Of a stretch of DNA of 64,000 nt, positions 14,660 to 27,115 are shown piece after piece. A program made the translations under genes and the position numbers. Within the stretch, counting starts at the first letter, position 1. Each line of letters begins with the position of its first letter. Source of the DNA: the human T2T-CHM13v2.0 reference genome, Homo sapiens; NCBI RefSeq assembly GCF_009914755.1, contig NC_060947.1; one strand, 5' to 3'. The notes beneath the pieces were generated by a model. That model was not told the DNA's origin, did not search any database, and saw only the letters and a program-made list of their open reading frames with translations.

Positions 14660-15419
14660 TCAAGCAACTTATTTATAGTAGGCAAATTATTTATTTAATC
14701 AATTAAATAATTAATAGGCAAATTAACTGTTTACTTATAATAGGCAAATTTATTATTTATAATAGGCAAAAAACTAGAACAGCTCAGGTGTCCTTCAAAT
14801 GGTGAATGATTAAACAATTGTTATATATCTATATCACGAAATACTACTCAGCAATAAAAAAGAACAAATTTGATACAATCAACAATTGGATGATCTTTAT
14901 GGAATTGTGTTGAGTGTAAAATCCAGTGCTGAAAGGTTACCCTACTATATGATTTAATTTACATAGTATTTTCAAATTGATGAAATTATAGAAATGGTGA
15001 ACAGATTTTTGGTTGTCAGAGGTTAAGGACATAGAATATGTAGGGATATTGGCATGGCTATAAAAGGCCAACGTGAAGGATCCTTATGGTAAAGAAAGTG
15101 TTCCATATCTTGACTTTGGTTATAGATGCATAAACCTAAAGATATGATAAGTTGTGTTGGATCAAGTATACATACATACACCAATAAGTAGAAATAAAAC
15201 TGGAAAATCTGAGTAATCTTATCTTGTGAATGGCATCATGTCAGTATATTGGTTAGGATATTGTAATACAGTTTTATAGGATTTCACCATTGAAGGGTAC
15301 TGGGTATAGGCTAACACAGGATCTCCCTGGATTGTTTCTTACCAGTGGATGTGAATCTCCAATTATCTGAAAATTAAAAGCTTAATTAAAAAAACAAAAT
15401 TTTATAAACAGTAAAATAT

Positions 15420-16195
15420 TTATTTTTTAACATTTATTTTAGGTTCAAGGGTACATGTGCAAGTTTGTTATGTAGGTAAATTGTGAGTCACAGGGGTCTG
15501 GTGTACAGATAATTTTATCACCTAGGTTATAGGCATAGTACTCAATAGGTGGTATTTTGATCCTAACCTTCCTCCCACCCTCCACCCTCAAGTAGGCCTT
15601 GGTTTCTGTTTTTCCCTTCCTTATGTCTTTATAAACTCAATGATTAGCTTCCACTTACAAGTGAGAACATGCGGTATTTGGTTTTCTATTCCTGCATTAG
15701 TTTGCTTAGGATAATGGCCTCCAGCCCTACCTATGTTGCAGCAAAGAACATGATCTCATTCTTTTTTCTGGCTATATAGTATGCCATGGTGTATGTGTAC
15801 CACATTTTTTTTTTAATTCAGTCCACCACTGATGGGCATTTAGGTTGATTCCACGTCTTTGCTATTATAAATAGTGCTGTAATGAACATTTGCATGCATG
15901 TGTCTTTATGGTAGAATGATTTATATTCCTTTGGGTATATACCCAATAATGGGATTGTTGGGTCGAATGGTAATTCTTTTTTAAGTTCTTTGAGAAATTG
16001 CCAAACTGCTTTCCACAATGGCTTAACTCATTCACATTCCCACAAGCAGTGCACAAGTATCCCCTTTTCTCCACAATCTCGCCAATATCTGTTATTTTGT
16101 GAATTTTTAATAATAGTCTTTCTGACTGGTGTGAGATGGTATATCACTGTGCTTTTGATTTGCATTTCTCTAATAATTAGTGAGGTTGTGCATTT
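15420..16195 (-). mobile_element. L1PA15/16-like 3' end
   Basis: The - strand ORF 15818-16018 (WKAVWQFLKELKKELPFDPTIPLLGIYPKEYKSFYHKDTC) is the ORF2 C-terminus; TAAAATATTT on both flanks is a possible TSD. Confidence 0.92.
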
Positions 16196-16334
16196 AGAAA
16201 ATAAAATATTTTAAAAGCTCATTTGAAGGAGCTGCCATTTTATATTCAACAACCTTATTTTTTCAGTTTAAAATCTTCCAACACATTTTTGAAATCATAG
16301 TTTTACTACAGGTAATTTGAGACATCAATAATAA

Positions 16335-16550
16335 AAACTAAGATTTATTGTTATTATGACCAAAACATTGTTAAGCAGTTTATGGATATCATGTTATTGA
16401 ATTGAATTCTTACATCTTACTTAATGTCAGTGAGATTGATATTATTACTATCATATTTTACAGATAACAGGCTACAGATTTAGTGGCTGAGATATATTTG
16501 AACCCAAGTCTGTATGATTCCAAGGCTTAAACACTTCAAGTACTGTATAT
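16335..16550 (-). mobile_element. MIR (degraded)
   Basis: ATTATTACTATCATATTTTACAGAT...TTTGAACCCAAGTCTGTATGATTCCAAGGC. Confidence 0.6.
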
Positions 16551-17149
16551 AGGCAGTATACTAAAGTACATCCCAACATAGAATGAGGGTGAGTTTGATA
16601 TTATGGGCTTCTGAGACCTGATACCAAAGAAAGTTGGAGTCACCTAGAGCATAATATAATCTTACTGTAATTACCCTTGGGAATAAATAAATAAATACAG
16701 TAAGCAGCAATTCACTGGGATGTCTCTAGTAATTATCTCCTATTGCGATGCCTATTCTAAGACACTCCTGCAAAGAAACATACCATCTCTTATTGCCATG
16801 TCACAATTTATGAGAATCCAGTCCACAGCTATGAAAACAAGTACTTTGAAAGAGCATGTGACTTTAAGACTGCTGACTTGAGAGACACAAAAGGTAATCT
16901 TAAGTAAATACTAAGAGGAAGAGCAGTCTCAAATACTGAACTCCCTCAGGTCCTGATTCTGACCTGTATAAAAAGGATACAGCCCTCCAAATCCAGTCAC
17001 TCTCAGTTGCCTCAGTATAAGAGGTACAGATGGTCTCTCAGGTATGATGCAGTGTTATTAGCAGTTTCTCTATTAATAAATTGGTCTTGTTAAAAGACAC
17101 ATAGCTAGGTCTGTTTGTGGATGAGGGTCAGAAGTCAGGGAGTACTTCT

Positions 17150-17265
17150 GCTATTTCTCTTTGATCAGGCTGGAGGATGTTTTCTCCAGTTGCAGTTGTC
17201 TGGGGAAGCTCACTAGGCTTGACAATCTGATTTGATTTGAATAATTTATTAATAATTTGGGAAAA
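17150..17265 (+). mobile_element. Possible CR1/L3 RT fragment
   Basis: CAGGCTGGAGGATGTTTTCTCCAGT...TTTGAATAATTTATTAATAATTTGG loosely resembles the CR1 SGVPQGS...LFNIFINDL region. Confidence 0.3.
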
Positions 17266-17489
17266 CCCTAATTAAATTTGTGTATAAATCTAAAGTTAGA
17301 GCAGCTACAGGGACCCAGATGGAATATAAGTACAAGTGGAAACACTTCAAAATATTCTGAGCCTGAATTTCCCCAGCCCCACTTTCCCTCTAATATGTGC
17401 ACTTATGTGCTCTCTCTCTCTTCTCGTCTTCTCACTCTGTTTACCCATTTATTTCTGTCTCTCTGACTATCTCTGTATCTTTTTCTCTT

Positions 17490-17490
<1 letters not shown>

Positions 17491-17525
<35 letters not shown>
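17491..17525. repeat. (CA)n microsatellite preceded by a CT-rich tract
   Basis: Directly visible. Confidence 0.95.
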
Positions 17526-17526
<1 letters not shown>

Positions 17527-17724
17527 CCATGGCTACCGCTACTACCATTACCACTACTGATCAGAGTTGGCAAGTGGGAATAACCCTCTTGGGAGAAGAA
17601 GAGTCGCCCACCATCATTTCCCTAGAAACTAACTCAGAGAGCTATTCATGCTCTCATACTCACCTACTCACTCTTGCTTTCTGGACTCATGCTCCCTTTT
17701 TTCTTCTTAATCCAGAAATCATAA

Positions 17725-17860
17725 ACTGTCAGGATTAGAAAGTACCTTAGAGATCTGACTCCCTCAGTTTATAGAAGAGGAAACCAAGAGAGCAGGGTCA
17801 TGAGGGACTTGCCCATGGGCACAGAGTTAGTTAGTGGCAGAGCCAGGCCTAGAATCCAGG
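17725..17860 (-). mobile_element. MIR (MIR3/MIRc-like)
   Basis: CCTTAGAGATC...GAGGAAACCAAG...GACTTGCCCATGGGCACAGAGTTAGTTAGTGGCAGAGCCAGG. Confidence 0.7.
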
Positions 17861-18682
17861 TAGCAAGGTATAAATATGAGGAGTAAGAATGAAAAGAACA
17901 CACAGTGGCTTTTCTCCTGATGTACTTCATTCAAAAGTCTTTTGCTGGCCCCTACAGTGATCATGCTTCTGCCTCTGCCCCATTATTTGCTCTGTCCCCA
18001 AGATCTGTGGTGGTTTATTAGAATTCAGTATGTATAACTAGGAATTGACTGTGTTGGTGGTGGCAGCGGTACTAGCAGTTTGAAATTGTTGATGCTGCCT
18101 TTTAAATCACTCGGTCCTCAAATCTATTTCTTTCTGATGTTTCAAAATAGAATCCAAACCCACGGATCCCAGACTAATAAGTAAGGTTGAATTTCCTTAA
18201 CTGGTTCCTTCCAGCCTGTGTGTTCGTGAAAATCTGAGAGCTCTCAATTTTAAATAAGGCCTCTAGGACAAGTTAGCAACGTATGTGTCTACCTCTGCAA
18301 TTCTTTTCTCTTAAACTACCAAGACCCAATGAGAACTTAAATGCCAATTCAAGTATGCTGATCCATGCTGTATGATGTGCTTGTCCTAATCAACATAAAC
18401 ATACACCATCATCTTGCTTTTCTTGGGGTAACTTGATACAAGGGACTTGATACTTGGGATGACAGATATATTTATCACGCCTATTCCTTTCTCTTTCCCT
18501 CCATTGCAAATCTGAGAAATAACTGTCTGATTGTAAGCAAATAGACCAATTACGAAGTTCAATCTGAATGCAAACTTTGGTTCCTCATCCAATCTCTTCT
18601 TTTCACCAAAGAAAGCTATTAGAATGTGCCTTTTTAGGATCAGTTCTCCAGAATACACACTGCTCAGTAAGGTAGGTCATAA

Positions 18683-18935
18683 TAATAATAGCAGTTATCA
18701 CAGAGAGTACTTACCATGTGCCTGACACTGTGTTAAACCTGGATTAACTCAGTTAATTTCCATAAAGAAGACTCTACTATTAAAACCTCTATGGAAATGG
18801 AGACACTGAGCCCTCCAAAAATTAAGAACTTTACCTAAGGCCACATAATTAATAAGTGGAAGTATCAAGATTTGAACCCAGTTTTGTCAGCTTCTAAAAT
18901 AGTAATCTGTACTTTTAAGCAGTATGCTACACCAC
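18683..18935 (-). mobile_element. MIR
   Basis: AATAATAGC...CTTACCATGTGCCTGACACTGTG...CCTAAGGCCACA...GATTTGAACCCAG. Confidence 0.75.
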
Positions 18936-20694
18936 TTTAAAGTCTTGGTGGACTTTTGTGAATGGCGACAGCATCAAAGAAATACAGTTAATGGAGCCTT
19001 ACCACTTAAAGCCGTAAAAGCTCTTTCCTCTATGCCCAATTTACTACCAAAAAGTAGGCCTAAGGGAAATTCCAGCTTAATACACATTGAAAAATCATAA
19101 TAAAAACTAGTTTTAATTTTAGAATATCTATAAATAAAAATGAAGCACAGTTAGGTTTTAAAAACTCTTTAAAATGGTTATTATTGCCCAGTTTTCTTAA
19201 TAATGAGACTGAGTAGTGAGATTAAAGTTATTTAAACCTAAATAAGATTTTTTTCTGCACACATTTCTTACTTGCTGAAGCAGTCGAATTTTATAAGGCA
19301 GTAGCTAAAAGCATACTAAAGTAAATGAAAACTATAAATATTAAAATGCAAAACTATTATGGCAACAGTACAAACTTTTCTCTATGAACCACTTGCCTTT
19401 AAAATCTGTACCAACTGAATTTTCCTATTAAATTTTATTTTAAGAAAAAGTCAAATCCCATTCAGTATGAACACAAGTCTTACAGTAACATCCTGTCTCT
19501 CACAATTAATTGCTACTTATCTCTTTGGATATAATCATTTGCATAACTATGACTCTTTTCAATTACAAAAAAGGATTACATAATCTTGGAGAAGCAAACA
19601 TCATAAAAATTAAATTTACAGGAAATTAAAGGAATAAATGTTCCATGGTAACAGATCTATTAATATCTACCAAAAGATTAAATTATTTAATCTTAAAGTC
19701 TATGTAGTAACAGAAAATCACTTGAGCCTACACTACTCTCCAAATATCATCCAAAATTAAAATTTTAGATCTCATTTTGAAATTACAGTATTGAAAAGAA
19801 GATCAGTAGTACCAGCCATAAGATAATGTTTATAATAAGTAAAAGCGGAGGGTAGAAAGCAGAAATATCAGTGTAATTTTGCCACAGTAAAGTACAAAGG
19901 TAAAATGGAAGCTACAGTCCACTTAAATGAAAGTTGGGCTATGTTAATACATGACCTCCTTATCTATCTATTATGTTGTCTTTGCCCTCTGCACTTCTGA
20001 GACTAAAATCCTGCACCCAATGGCCAAAATCTCCCTTGGTTCCCCACTCTCTCCAATGATTGAGACTGGCCCAGATGCTTTGCCAAGCCAGCACTGAGGA
20101 GTGCCATGACTGTGTGACTGCTGCCAGCCTGCTCCTAAGGAAATTCTTGGGGATGATGCCAGTCATTTTGCTGTGCCCCTGGCAAAACTGACCACCAAGT
20201 CACCACACACTGTGCTCCTAAGTCCATTGCTAAACCAGAGTCGGCAGACATTTTCCTCTCTGCATTATCCATCCAACTCCCACCTGTGACATCACCTGGG
20301 TATGATTTTCCTGTGAAGAATCACTTGCTTTCAAGTCACAAAATCTGGCTAATGTATATAAATTTGGGCAAACAATAGGGAAAATATGTCACCTAAAAAT
20401 TAGTTTGATTATAGTATTTTACAAAGCCTCTTCTTCCCCACAGCCTAAAAGTAGACCAGGATAACAAAACTGTCCAAGCCAAATGAGATGAGTATTGTAG
20501 TACTGTAGACTATGAGGTACATGAAGGCAGAAACTGTGCTAATTTTGCCGATTTTGCTAGAGCCTAGCATTGCAAGTTCTAGATAATTGGAATAAAGCTT
20601 CAGAAAAATAAACACATGAAGAAATTATACCTAAACCTTCAGGTTTTTAAAGCACAGAAACATTAGAATTGTGTATCTTAACATATGAAGACTT

Positions 20695-20945
20695 AGAGCA
20701 TAGTGGTTTAGAGTGCAGGCTTTGAGGTAGAAAAGACTTGAATGGTGTTACAGCAAGTCACTTAAACTAGTAACCTTAGGGAAGCCACTTAAACTCTCTG
20801 ACCCTTTGTTTTCTACATACAGTGGGAATAACAGGAGTATATGCATTACAAGGTTACTGACAGGATTAAGTAAGATACTATATGTAAACTTCTTGGCATA
20901 GTGCCTGATACAGAAACTGTTGGCATTATTATTCAATATTATCTT
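20695..20945 (+). mobile_element. MIR
   Basis: AGCATAGTGGTTTAGAGTGCAGGCTTTG...CTTAAACTCTCTG...TTGGCATAGTGCCTG. Confidence 0.75.
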
Positions 20946-22039
20946 TATTACTATTGATTTGTAGTGCCAACATATGATTTAGGATACAGGTGCCAAAGTC
21001 ATGAAATTCCTTTCAAAAACTGTACAGACAAGATTAAAATCGCCATTCCTTTTCTACTTTATATAAACTGCCATTCACGGAAACTCATTAAGTCCAATTG
21101 CCATTCATTTGTACAGATATATCTTTTTGCTTCTGTGATGATGAATATAAAAGCTTTATACACATTCACATGATTATTTTGCGATTATTTGCCCTGTTTG
21201 CCATCTTGACCCTGAACATATATGCTTTGGGGAAAACAGCAGAATGTGTTCCTGTAACTCTCTGAGGAAATGGATTAATCATGAAATATAAACATGTAAA
21301 AGATTCAGCTGAGACTCATGTATGTAAATTTCATTGATTTGAGAAGAAAATTGATCTCAAAGCCATGTCTGCATGGGCCACAGAAAGTACTATATTTCTA
21401 ACAAGAAGAAATTATGTGGCCTCTTTTCACGCAGCCATTATTTTTCTTTTCAAACAAAGCTATGCATTGACAATAGCTTCAATTTGTCACTTTAAATGCA
21501 TCAGTTATTGGGTAAAATCACAAAATATCGGAGATATTAGGAAGAATATTATTCCACAATCTTTTAGTTTCCCTGAGGAGGGATTATATCTCTAGGCCTC
21601 TTGCCCCATCACTTACTCCTCTCCACTTGGGTACAGTGAGTTACCTGGTGGATGGGTTTTAGCCATTGGACTAAAATTATATTAGTGTGCAAATAATCTA
21701 AAACAGTAAGCATTCTCCTTCTTTCTTCACATCGAACCAGTGTGAGGCAGCAACTCTGGGTAAAATGTATGCTGTGCAGATCCAAATTTACCCTCAGGTG
21801 CACAGTTCCAAGATTGTGGGGGAGTGGAGAAAAGTAAGCCACTGCCTGAAGTATAACTTAGTGATAAATGTCATGATTTGGTATTCTGGCCACAATGTTT
21901 ATTATTTAATTGGTGAATAATATGTGGTTTCTTTGTTTCAGCTAGACATCTGGAACCTTCCTTCTTGAAGTGAGACTCGGTCTGATTTCTTCTCCATGTG
22001 TAGGACAGAGTATGCAACATTCATATAAGATGCTGAGGG

Positions 22040-22262
22040 AAGTAGCTAGTGTGATGAAGAGCATGGGCTTTAGAGGAAGACAGAGCCAAATTTTAATCCT
22101 GCTCTGAAACTTTCCACCCTTTTGAATTAGGACAAACTCCTCTTGGCTTCGGTTCCCTTATTTGTTAAAATAAGACTAATAATATTAACTCAAAATGTTT
22201 ACAAACCTAAAAGTGCTTATGAATGTCTTGTACCTGGTCAACTCTCAACAAATGCTGCTTTC
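22040..22262 (+). mobile_element. MIR
   Basis: AAGAGCATGGGCTTTAGAG..AGACAG..AATCCTGCTCTG...CTTCGGTTCCCTTATTTG. Confidence 0.65.
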
Positions 22263-23659
22263 GTAGGAATATTTATTAATTTTTGTCACCACATCATCAT
22301 CAAAACATTATTTTAGAATATGCCCTCTGTAGGTTCTCATGCCCCCATCCATGACTCAAGCACATGCATGATACCTTATGCAAACCCAGGTAAGTAGTTC
22401 AGCTCTGAAGTGGTGCAGAATCCAGTGCCTGTAGCCGATACGATGTCCCTTCTCCAGAATTTTTTAACACTCTTTCAGGAAAAGGAAAGTAAATGTATTA
22501 TGGCTCTACATGATTTCAGAGGCCCTTGGCTCCACATGAGTAATGTCTTTAGAGATAAAATTTAGGACAAGGAGAAACATTTTAAAAGTTGGTATCTGTG
22601 TCTTACCAAGGATGGCTCTGTCTGACTCCAGAGGCCACACTCTTAAATGCCATATTGCCTTTTCCTGGTGTATTTCCAGAAAGAATAGTTCCTGATTTTC
22701 AAAATATGTTATAGGAAAGATTTTTCTATTTTCAAAGGGTGATAAGATCTCAGTTCTCCAAAGACTAGTTATATAAGCCTTGCTCTACTGTAATAAGCAC
22801 ACATATTTAAAGTTATGCAAATAGAACAAAATCATATTTCAGATCAAAGGAGTAGCCTCTGAATAACCATCATCAAATGGACAAAAGCAAGAAGTGCCAG
22901 AGACATAAAGATACCAACTAATACATGATTAATCAATGTACTACACCGTATGAACAGTATTCTATTGGCTGCTGATTTATATAAAATATCTGCCTAAGAC
23001 TTTTATATGCAAAAAAAAAGAAAGAAGGAAATATTAGAGAATCAAGTAAAGAAGCAAATGCAAATTATAGTGGCATTCATTTGTTGTACCTCCCTATGGA
23101 TAGATAAAATAAGAGCTCATATCACAGTCTTTTTTTAAATAAAAAAAGAAGTCGTACAGCATTACTGGGGTCATTACACCATCTAGCCTGTAACCAAAAC
23201 TATATTTTCAGGTCTAAAACAATGATTATGAGCAATTAATAAAATATTAGATGACAGGATAGCATGCTTTATGAGGTGGGAAAACAGTGTATCACTGTTG
23301 TAAACTGGAAATAGCAGAAGCAGCAAATATCAAAAAGAAGATAGCCAACAACAGAGATAAGGACAATTCTGCTTGGCACTGTGGTTAGGGATGCAACAAT
23401 AGTTGTTGCCTAAATACAATGCCTCAGAAAACTTGGCATCTCTATGGGCACAGCTGAGCTAATTAGAATAAGGAATACACTTTAACCAATATCTTCTGCA
23501 CAAGCAACACAACAAAAAAAGGTGCATTATAGAAATCGCCAAATAATATCTCTTTAATGAAAGTCAAGGGGCAGAACTATGAAAATGTTCTGAGGAGAAA
23601 GGAAAAGCAACTAAAAAAGCACATAAAATAATTATGGACCTGAATAATATTCATAAGAA

Positions 23660-23865
23660 GAGCCAACATTTATTATTTCCTAGGTGTTAAACACACCGTT
23701 AAGTGTTTTATTACAAAATATTTTTTGATGCAGCAATCCTGAAAGTGAAATCATATTAATATTATTATACACATTTTACAGAAGAAGAAACTGAATTTTA
23801 GTAAAGTTAAGTAACTTACACCTAGCTCTGCCTGACTCTAGAGTTTACAGCTTTAAATATTATGT
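23660..23865 (-). mobile_element. MIR
   Basis: CATTTTACAGAAGAAGAAACTGA...GTTAAGTAACTT...CTGCCTGACTCTAGAG. Confidence 0.7.
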
Positions 23866-24339
23866 AGTCTCTTCTCAGTGTCTTCCCCAGGAGTAATGTT
23901 TGATTTTTAAAATAGATTTTGAATCATTAAAACTCAGAATATTTAAATTAGAAGACCAAGGCCATATCCTGTGAGAGTGGTTCTTATAAGGCCTCTTATT
24001 TTTGTCTCAGTGCTTATTGAGAAGGTGAAAGATTTTTATTAGGCAGTATATTTGACCTAACTGTGTGACTTTTCAGAAGGATGACTTTGACATTTCAAAG
24101 TGAGGTGGAGCATGAGAAGGCTACATATATTTGGTATAAAAAAAGAAAGCAATTTATGATGCTGCAAAAGAACAGAATTTTTTCCCAGGAAAAAAAAGCC
24201 TCCTTCTCTGAAAATCACTTGAATAGATTATATATTTGAACTGCTGAGAAAAATGAACAGATGTGACAATAGTTGCTAACTCTAAATTTTGTAAGCACCT
24301 CTCAATAAATAATCTACACAATCCCAGCTACATGCAGAA

Positions 24340-24348
24340 ACACCCACA

Positions 24349-24392
<44 letters not shown>
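24340..24392. repeat. (CA)n microsatellite
   Basis: Directly visible. Confidence 0.95.
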
Positions 24393-24394
<2 letters not shown>

Positions 24395-25003
24395 TTAACT
24401 TTTAGTCACATAAGGATGGACAGGCAATTCTTCCTGTGCCGGTCTAAATCAGAGCTTGGCTGGAGGTGAACCGGGCCAGGGATGACATAGTCTTATTGAA
24501 AATACGGAGAGGCCCCAGCAAAAATATTCTGCAATATAATCCTAGGGGAAATAAAGTGCTATTGAAAATAGGCAGTAGTCAAAGATTCAACAAAGCAAAC
24601 CTTTAACTTCAGTCAGACAAGTCTATAAACAACCGATAGGGGTTAGGATTTGAAAACTGCACTTAAGACAAAGACTCCAACCTCAGGAAGGATTCTAAGA
24701 GAGCAAGCTGGGGTGTTGTTCCCCAGGATCCCACTTTTAGAGGCTTAAAACATCAATTTAAAACCCAGGCAAGGTTTTCACAGTGGCTTGGGTGAGCAAT
24801 TTTGAAACTATCTTCTGTATATTCCAGGCTTGAGAAAATAAATAAATATATTGAGGATGATGGGAGCTAAATTTCTCACTATTGAGGGACTTACAAATAT
24901 AGAAACAGAAGATACAAAAATATACCCCGTGGAGCTGAATTAAAGAATTGGGAGTATAAGTAAGAACTAATATGGGGTAGATTTAGAAATGATATATAAT
25001 CTC

Positions 25004-25007
25004 TGTG

Positions 25008-25060
<53 letters not shown>
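25004..25060. repeat. (TG)n microsatellite
   Basis: Directly visible. Confidence 0.95.
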
Positions 25061-25062
<2 letters not shown>

Positions 25063-25063
25063 T

Positions 25064-25603
25064 TGCTACAGTAAAGGGTCCCGATTCAGGCCCCAAGAGA
25101 GGGTTCTTGAATCTCACACAAGAAAGAATTCAGGGCGAGACCGTAGTGCAAAGAAAAAGCAAATTTATTAAGAAAGTAAAGTGATGAAAAAACAGCTACT
25201 CCATAGACAGAGTAGGCCATTCCCAAAAGTAAGAGGAGAAAGGTGTCCACCCTAGTTACAATGCTTGTATATATATAGGATAGAAATAGATCTTGGGGAG
25301 ATGTGCTCTGCTACAAGGGTTGGCGATAAAGGATTAATTTTCTTAATTACCATATTTTGCAAGAAATGATATTATTATCTTTAAAGCAAAATTAGGAATG
25401 CCCTTGTTTTCCAGATATCGGGATATCTGAACACTCGCAAGTCTGAGTCTGTTTCCGTAAACATCATTAATTTGTTCCCTTAACCATAAACATCTAGAGG
25501 TGAGGAATGCCTAATGTTCTGGGAATGCAGCCCAGCAAGTCTCAGCCTCATTTTTCTAGCCCTCACTCAAAATGGAGTCCCTCTGGTTCGAACACTTCTG
25601 ACA
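25064..25603 (-). mobile_element. MER41-family ERV1 solo LTR (MER41C/D-like)
   Basis: TG...CA termini and 4-bp TSD TATT (25060-63 / 25604-07); the - strand start TGTCAGAAGTGTTCGAACCAGAGGGACTCCATTTTG and CCCCAAGAGAGGGTTCTTG are MER41 hallmarks. Confidence 0.88.
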
Positions 25604-25927
25604 TATTCATCCCTCGGTATCCACAGAAGATGGGTTTCAGATATCAAAATCCACATATGCCCTAGTCTGATATAAAATGGCATAGTTTTTGCATATAACC
25701 TATGCACATCACCCCATATACTTTAAATAATCTCCAGATTACGTATAATACCTAATATGATGTAAATGCTATGTAAATAGTTGTTATACTGTATTGTTTA
25801 GGGAAGAATGAGAAGGAAAAGTCTACATGTTCAGTACAGATGCAACCATCCTTTCTTTTTTAGAATTTTTTTTTTAACTGCAGCTGGTTGAATCCACAGA
25901 TGGGGAAACCACGGATATGAAGGGCCA

Positions 25928-25932
<5 letters not shown>
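25604..25932 (+). mobile_element. MER2 (Tigger-type DNA transposon)
   Basis: TIR remnants CATCCCTCGGTATCCAC / CACGGATATGAAGGGCCAACT; internal TATAAAATGGCATAGT..GCATATAACCTATGCACATC. Confidence 0.88.

Positions 25933-25979
<47 letters not shown>
25932..25979. repeat. Compound (TG)n(AG)n microsatellite
   Basis: Directly visible. Confidence 0.95.
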
Positions 25980-26775
25980 AGCATAATATAAATAATTGAT
26001 GAATCTGGGTAAAGGATATATGAGAGTTTCTTATACTATGCTTGCAAGTTTTCTGTAAAGATTATTTTCCAACAAAACAAATGTTTAAAACAAACAAAAA
26101 ATACCTCATGAAAGATCCTTGGGATTCCGTCTTGGGGGTTTGAATAGTTTTCAGCATCAGTGTTATGAAGGCATTGAATCTAGAATTTAGGTAGGGGCTG
26201 AGACATGCAGTGGATAATAAAGAAACCAAGTTTTTGGCAACAGAGTATAAAATAAAGACTACTCAGCAAGACACAAGGCAAGAACTCAGTTGACAAACCC
26301 ATAGTGTAAAGTCAAAAAAGAACCAACAGCATAGTTAATTCAGTGCTGAACAGGTAATGTTACTAGTATAAGGTTTTGCATCGTCCTCCTGCTTACTGAC
26401 AGGTTTACCATCTGAGATGCTGAACATATATGTTCAGAAGGAGCCCTGTAAAGCTAAGAAGGCCGCATGGGCCGGGAAACAAGCACGTTATTACAGTAGA
26501 TTGGGGGAAGTACTATGCAGCCGCACAACATAACAGTCTGAATAAGCTAGGACCAGTTGGGACATACATCTTTAAGCTTATTTCTGTAACCCTCCAAGAA
26601 AGAAAATGTGGAAAATGTAATCATCGCAGAGTTTTAAAAATCATCACACTTTGACTCTTGCTAACAAAGCATAAGTCAATGTATGGGTAGACAGAAACAT
26701 TTTATTTTTATTTTGCTTCATTATCTTTCATATCCTTCAGAATCAGAAGGTAAAGAAACGATCTATATTTATACT

Positions 26776-27115
26776 CATGGTTCTTAATCAGAGCTAAACT
26801 ATGAAATCACCTGGAAGGCTTTATAAAATAATAATGCCTGTGCCTCACTCCTACAGATCACTGGTCTGGGATAGGGACCAAACATGATTTTCTTAATCTC
26901 TCAGATGATCTAATGTGCATCCAAGGCTGAAAACTGCCAGTCTAGACATTGCTTCTCAGTATGTTATCTCTGGACCACCTTTATCAGAATCATCTGGAAT
27001 ATTTACGAAAAATGCAAAATCCTGGATCCAAACCCACACTTACTAAATCAGGATTTTGAGGGTGGGACATTTTTAGCAAATTTTCAAGGAATAGATTTGC
27101 TCACTGAAAACTACT
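26776..27115. mobile_element. Two adjacent MER5-family (hAT-Charlie) elements joined at TCTAGA
   Basis: GGTTCTTAA..AATCACCTGG...GATCTAATGTGCATCCAAGGCTGAAAAC, then CATTGCTTCTCA..ATCAGAATCATCTGG..AAAATGCAAAATCCTGG. Confidence 0.7.

Larger units (their letters stand above)
24850..26085 (+). mobile_element. L1MC/ME 3'UTR remnant hosting (TG)n, MER41 and MER2 (L1 parts approx. 24850-25000 and 25980-26085)
   Basis: GGGAGCTAAATTTCTCACTATTG on the left; GATGAATCTGGGTAAAGGATATATGAGAGTTTCTTATACTATGCTTGCAAGTTTTCTGTAA on the right. Confidence 0.55.

Noticed and set aside
19064-19652. Isolated NF-kB (GGGAAATTCC) and X-box-like (GTTCCATGGTAAC) motifs
   Set aside because: Single short motifs without clustering; compatible with chance.
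21133-21220. Possible C/D box snoRNA (ATGATGA...CTGA about 80 nt apart)
   Set aside because: Only a 3-bp terminal stem, no proper D'/C' pair and no recognisable rRNA or snRNA guide.
26741-26749. 9-nt micro-exon (ttcag|AATCAGAAG|gtaaag)
   Set aside because: Cannot be supported without a host gene or conservation evidence.
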